Under the pieces are notes generated by a model. It was not told the origin of the DNA and did not search any database. It saw nothing but the letters and a program-made list of their open reading frames with translations. A DNA stretch of 64,000 nt from Bacteroidia bacterium. Lineage in GTDB: Bacteria; Bacteroidota; Bacteroidia; JADZBD01. The position numbers and the translations under genes were made by a program. The DNA is taken from positions 19,722 to 83,721 of the forward strand of contig JAGVMA010000044.1 of assembly GCA_020054095.1 (NCBI GenBank), in the 5' to 3' direction. Of the stretch, positions 60,580-64,000 are shown piece by piece; positions within the stretch are counted from its first letter, which is position 1, and every line of letters begins with the position of its first letter.

Positions 60580-61107
60580 ATGAAAAAATTATTTTTATCT
60601 CTCTTAACAATTGCTGCTCTTGCTTTTTATGGCTGTGGTGGCGATAAGCCCGTAATGGAAGAAAACAATGTGCCGGCCGGATGGATGGCACTTGATTTAA
60701 CTCCACATGGTAAAAACATTACTATTAATGTTCCCGATACTTCTAATGGCCCATTGCTGATTGAAGAAATGGGCGGTGCAATCAGAATATCGGTGGGAAA
60801 AAAATTTATGATTGAAGTGGGCGAGGGTGAAGGCAACATCCAAATGAAAAAAGATGTGGATATTAAAGCAAATGATATTTACAAATTTGATGCTTATATA
60901 GTAGAAGAGCCAACTGCTTTAATCTGGAAATGGCATTTAGAAGGTAGCGAGGCGGAGTGCAAAATGTTTTGCATTGTGAAAGTGGGCGAAGTAAACTATG
61001 AAGTGAAAGATGTGGATGGCGAAATTTTTTCGGAGGAAGCCTGTAAAAAAATGTTAGAAGCTGCTAAATCAATTAAAGTAAAAGAAGTTAAGAAAACGGA
61101 AGCGTAA
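60580..61107 (+). CDS. hypothetical lipoprotein
   Basis: Lipobox FYGCGG, 175 aa, no recognised domain. Confidence 0.45.
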   Translation: MKKLFLSLLTIAALAFYGCGGDKPVMEENNVPAGWMALDLTPHGKNITINVPDTSNGPLLIEEMGGAIRISVGKKFMIEVGEGEGNIQMKKDVDIKANDIYKFDAYIVEEPTALIWKWHLEGSEAECKMFCIVKVGEVNYEVKDVDGEIFSEEACKKMLEAAKSIKVKEVKKTEA

Positions 61108-61126
61108 TTATAACTTATGCTTTAAC

Positions 61127-61160
61127 AAAAAAAACCCGCCTAACAAGGCGGGTTTTTTTT
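61127..61160. terminator. bidirectional terminator between convergent genes
   Basis: aaaaaaaacccgcc-taacaa-ggcgggtttttttt. Confidence 0.75.
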
Positions 61161-61175
61161 GTTAGGATTGATTTT

Positions 61176-62987
61176 TTAAACTTCTTCTACTTTTTTCTCG
61201 TGTCGCTTGCGCTCATTCTCATCCAAGTAAATTTTACGCATACGTATTGCTTTTGGCGTTATTTCCACGTACTCATCAGCTTGGATATATTCCATTGCCT
61301 CTTCTAATGAAAAATTAACTTTTGGTGCAATTCGCATTTTCTCATCCGAACCGGATGCTCGCATGTTGGTTAATTTTTTCTCCGTACAAATATTAATTAC
61401 CAAATCATCAGGGCGAATGTGCTCGCCAATAATTTGCCCTGTGTAAATATCTTCGCCCGGCTCAATAAAATATTTGCCGCGGTCTTGCAATTTATCAATG
61501 GAGTAAGCCACAGCAGTTCCTTTTTCTTTTGATAAAAGTACGCCAGAAATTCTGCGAGGAATAGGGCCCTTCCATGGTTCAAAACTTTTAAAGCGATGCG
61601 CCATTATTGCTTCCCCCGCAGTTACGTTAAGTATTGCAGTGCGTAGGCCAATTAATCCACGCGATGGAATTTCAAATTCCAAGTGAATTAAATCGCCTTT
61701 TGGTTCCATAATTTTCATATCGCCTTTACGCTGGCTTACTAATTCAATTACTTTACCTGATGTTTCTTGCGGTGTGTCAACGGTAAGCGATTCTATTGGC
61801 TCGTGCTTCATGCCGTTAATTTCTTTTATGATTACTTGTGGTTGTCCCACCTGTAACTCATAACCTTCTCTGCGCATGGTTTCAATTAAAATAGAAAGGT
61901 GAAGAATACCGCGACCGAAAACCGAGTAAGCATCGGGCGAACCGGTTTCTTCCACGCGCAGTGCTAAATTTTTTTCTAACTCTTTAAATAGTCTGTCTCT
62001 TAGGTGGCGCGATGTAACAAACTTGCCATCTTTACCAAAGAATGGAGAATTGTTAATTGTAAACAACATACTCATTGTAGGTTCATCAATTGCAATAGGA
62101 GTTAAACCTTCCGGGTTTTCAAAGTCGGCAACTGTGTCGCCAATTTCAAATCCCTCTATTCCTGTGAACGCACAAATATCTCCCGATTGCACTTCGGTAG
62201 TTTTTACTTTTCCTAATCCGTCAAAAACATAAAGCTCTTTAACGCGCGATTTAAAAATTCTGCCATCGCGTTTTACTAATGATACCGGCATATTTTCTTT
62301 TATCACACCTCGGTAAACTCGTCCCACAGCAATACGACCTATGAACGATGAAAAATCGAGCGATGTAATTTGCGTTTGCAAGCTGCCTTCGCGAACCGGT
62401 GCTGCCGGAATTTTTTCAATAATTGTATCAAGCAAAGAAGTTATATCCGTTGTTTGGTTTTTCCAATCGGTTGACATCCATCCGTGTTTTGATGAGCCAT
62501 AGATAGTTGGGAAATTTAATTGGTCTTCGGTAGCTTCGAGGTTAAAAAATAAATCAAAAACATTATCGTGTACCTCATCTGGTCGGCAATTGGGTTTATC
62601 TACTTTATTGATAACCAATATCGCTTTTAATCCTTGTTGCAGTGCTTTTTGTAAAACGAAACGAGTTTGAGGCATGGGACCTTCAAATGCATCAACCAAA
62701 AGTAAAACGCCATCTGCCATATTTAAAACGCGCTCTACTTCGCCTCCAAAATCAGCGTGCCCCGGAGTGTCAATGATATTAATCTTTACTCCTTTATAGG
62801 TAACCGATACGTTTTTTGCAAGGATTGTAATTCCGCGTTCGCGCTCTAAATCATTGTTATCAAGAATTAGTTCGCCTGTTTCTTGGTTCTCGCGAAAAAG
62901 TTTGCACTGGTGTAAAATTTTATCAACCAAGGTTGTTTTTCCGTGGTCAACGTGGGCAATGATTGCAATGTTTCTAATTTGCTGCAT
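61176..62987 (-). CDS. typA: translational GTPase TypA/BipA
   Basis: [25 protein letters not shown] and NKVD G-domain motifs over its 603 aa. Confidence 0.9.
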   Translation of the reverse strand: MQQIRNIAIIAHVDHGKTTLVDKILHQCKLFRENQETGELILDNNDLERERGITILAKNVSVTYKGVKINIIDTPGHADFGGEVERVLNMADGVLLLVDAFEGPMPQTRFVLQKALQQGLKAILVINKVDKPNCRPDEVHDNVFDLFFNLEATEDQLNFPTIYGSSKHGWMSTDWKNQTTDITSLLDTIIEKIPAAPVREGSLQTQITSLDFSSFIGRIAVGRVYRGVIKENMPVSLVKRDGRIFKSRVKELYVFDGLGKVKTTEVQSGDICAFTGIEGFEIGDTVADFENPEGLTPIAIDEPTMSMLFTINNSPFFGKDGKFVTSRHLRDRLFKELEKNLALRVEETGSPDAYSVFGRGILHLSILIETMRREGYELQVGQPQVIIKEINGMKHEPIESLTVDTPQETSGKVIELVSQRKGDMKIMEPKGDLIHLEFEIPSRGLIGLRTAILNVTAGEAIMAHRFKSFEPWKGPIPRRISGVLLSKEKGTAVAYSIDKLQDRGKYFIEPGEDIYTGQIIGEHIRPDDLVINICTEKKLTNMRASGSDEKMRIAPKVNFSLEEAMEYIQADEYVEITPKAIRMRKIYLDENERKRHEKKVEEV

Positions 62988-63049
62988 GATATTAAATTAA
63001 GGTCGCGAAAGTACGGTTTTTTTATCTTAATTAACAGATGCTGCTTTGC

Positions 63050-63568
63050 TTACTTATCTTTAAACCAACCCGAGTACATTAAATAATTATTCGCAATGCG
63101 ATTGATTTCGCCATGTATTAATTCTTGATTAATATCTTTCACCTTTTTAGCCGGCACACCGGCATATATTGAGCCCGCTTCTACTTTTGTGTTTTCTAAA
63201 ACCACAGCGCCTGCAGCAATTATAGTGTTGCTTCCTATTTCGCAGTTATCCATTACAATTGCGCCCATGCCTATAAGCACGTTATCGCGCACGGTGCAGC
63301 CGTGTACAATTGCATTGTGGCCTATAGAAACATTGTTGCCAATTATGGTTTTCGTTTTCTGATAAGTACAATGTATCACTGCGCCATCTTGCACATTCAC
63401 TTTATTGCCCATGCTGATTGAGTTTACATCGCCACGCACCACGGCATTAAACCATATACTGCAATCATCGCCCATTACTACATCGCCTACCACTGTTGCG
63501 TTTTCTGCCAAATAACAATTGGCCCCCATTTTAGGTGATACGCCATTTACCGATTTTATTAATGCCAT
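63050..63568 (-). CDS. gamma-class carbonic anhydrase / hexapeptide-repeat family protein
   Basis: Left-handed beta-helix hexapeptide repeats and the ...VHGCTV... pattern. The start was chosen at the internal Met (MALIKS) to avoid overlap with the upstream gene. Confidence 0.7.
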   Translation of the reverse strand: MALIKSVNGVSPKMGANCYLAENATVVGDVVMGDDCSIWFNAVVRGDVNSISMGNKVNVQDGAVIHCTYQKTKTIIGNNVSIGHNAIVHGCTVRDNVLIGMGAIVMDNCEIGSNTIIAAGAVVLENTKVEAGSIYAGVPAKKVKDINQELIHGEINRIANNYLMYSGWFKDK

Positions 63569-63578
63569 AAATATTGTT

Positions 63579-63938
63579 TTATTTTCCGTTGCAATTTGAA
63601 TCTTTTTTACAACATGCGGGTAGTTTTTTATATTTTTTTTCGTTAGCCGGCAAATCATCGGCATCGTAACCAGTGTTATTTATTGTTTTCTTAATTGCGT
63701 CAACCGTAGTTTTATCCGAGTTATAAACCACTGTTACAATTTTTGTTTCCACATTTAAATCAGCTTTTTTAACTCCTTTGCTGAATACCAATGAGTTTTC
63801 AATTGCTGTTTTGCACATATCGCAAACGGCCGATGTTTTAATTTTCACTTCAATATACTTTTCTGTTTTCTGCGCCACACCTGTTTTAGCTATTATAAAT
63901 AGTAATGATAAAAGTGCGATGATTGTTTTTGTTTTCAT
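63579..63938 (-). CDS. secreted heavy-metal-associated (HMA) domain protein
   Basis: Signal peptide, CDMC metal-binding CxxC in a ferredoxin-like HMA fold, and a Cys-rich C-terminus. Confidence 0.6.
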   Translation of the reverse strand: MKTKTIIALLSLLFIIAKTGVAQKTEKYIEVKIKTSAVCDMCKTAIENSLVFSKGVKKADLNVETKIVTVVYNSDKTTVDAIKKTINNTGYDADDLPANEKKYKKLPACCKKDSNCNGK

Positions 63939-64000
63939 GTTGTTTTTGTTTTTTTAAAATTAATTTAAACTGTAACGGATTCCTAAGTAAAACATTCGGT

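Noticed and set aside
1-64000. CRISPR arrays, transposases, integrases, prophage genes
   Set aside because: I found no regularly spaced direct repeats with unique spacers, and no ORF resembling DDE/tyrosine/serine recombinases or phage structural proteins. The only repeats are the short palindromic family and simple coding repeats.

Overview
This is a 64-kb chromosomal window that looks like it comes from a Bacteroidota genome. Several proteins carry type-A or type-B T9SS C-terminal sorting domains, there is an exbB–exbD–exbD–tonB–PBP–TPR cluster, signal peptides end in ...SHAQ, and the DNA is AT-rich. Most genes are housekeeping: a RimK ligase module, tadA, xth, an oligopeptide-type substrate-binding protein, hflX, gmk, yicC, an Lrp regulator, accB/accC, a large sensor histidine kinase, an MsbA-like ABC exporter, typA and a gamma-carbonic anhydrase. 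I found no transposase, integrase, CRISPR array, rRNA or canonical tRNA. The accessory content is of three kinds. (1) A strongly AT-rich island of about 4.6 kb (roughly 12960-17560) carries a 1317-aa single-chain MmeI/Eco57I-type restriction-modification enzyme (type IIG: PD-(D/E)xK nuclease, gamma-class N6-adenine methyltransferase with DPAVGSGHFL and NPPY motifs, and a C-terminal TRD). A 142-aa gene of unknown function is translationally coupled to it, and a GC-rich palindromic repeat sits at the island's left edge. (2) A tightly overlapping three-gene operon (52856-58102, minus strand) encodes a MukF-like protein (443 aa), a MukE-like protein (218 aa) and an SMC/MukB-like ATPase (1102 aa). 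This is a Wadjet JetABC / MksFEB-type module, and no JetD/MksG toprim-nuclease partner is encoded next to it. (3) Three paralogous sensor proteins (TPR or beta-propeller/YYY ectodomains) share a nearly identical transmembrane, coiled-coil and 'ILDSIRYAKRIQxSLLP' tail. Only one continues into a SpoIIE/PP2C phosphatase domain. Two stop right after the motif, and one of those is also frameshifted at a homopolymer and abuts a composite palindromic repeat. Further items are a dispersed family of GC-rich palindromic elements (core ATTGCGAG...GCTCGCAAT, at least four copies, one inside the accB-accC operon). There is a 122-nt tRNA-like element with a GGTTCGAATCC T-arm. A 480-bp ORF-free GC-richer region lies upstream of the ABC exporter. 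A sensor kinase is co-transcribed with a stand-alone B12-binding domain. A K/A-rich micro-ORF is broken at an A_AAA_AAG slippery run and followed by a strong terminator. A cluster of four T9SS-secreted proteins includes a CotH-like protein and an M43 metalloprotease. All calls rest on motif-level reading of the translations and the DNA. No database searches were run.
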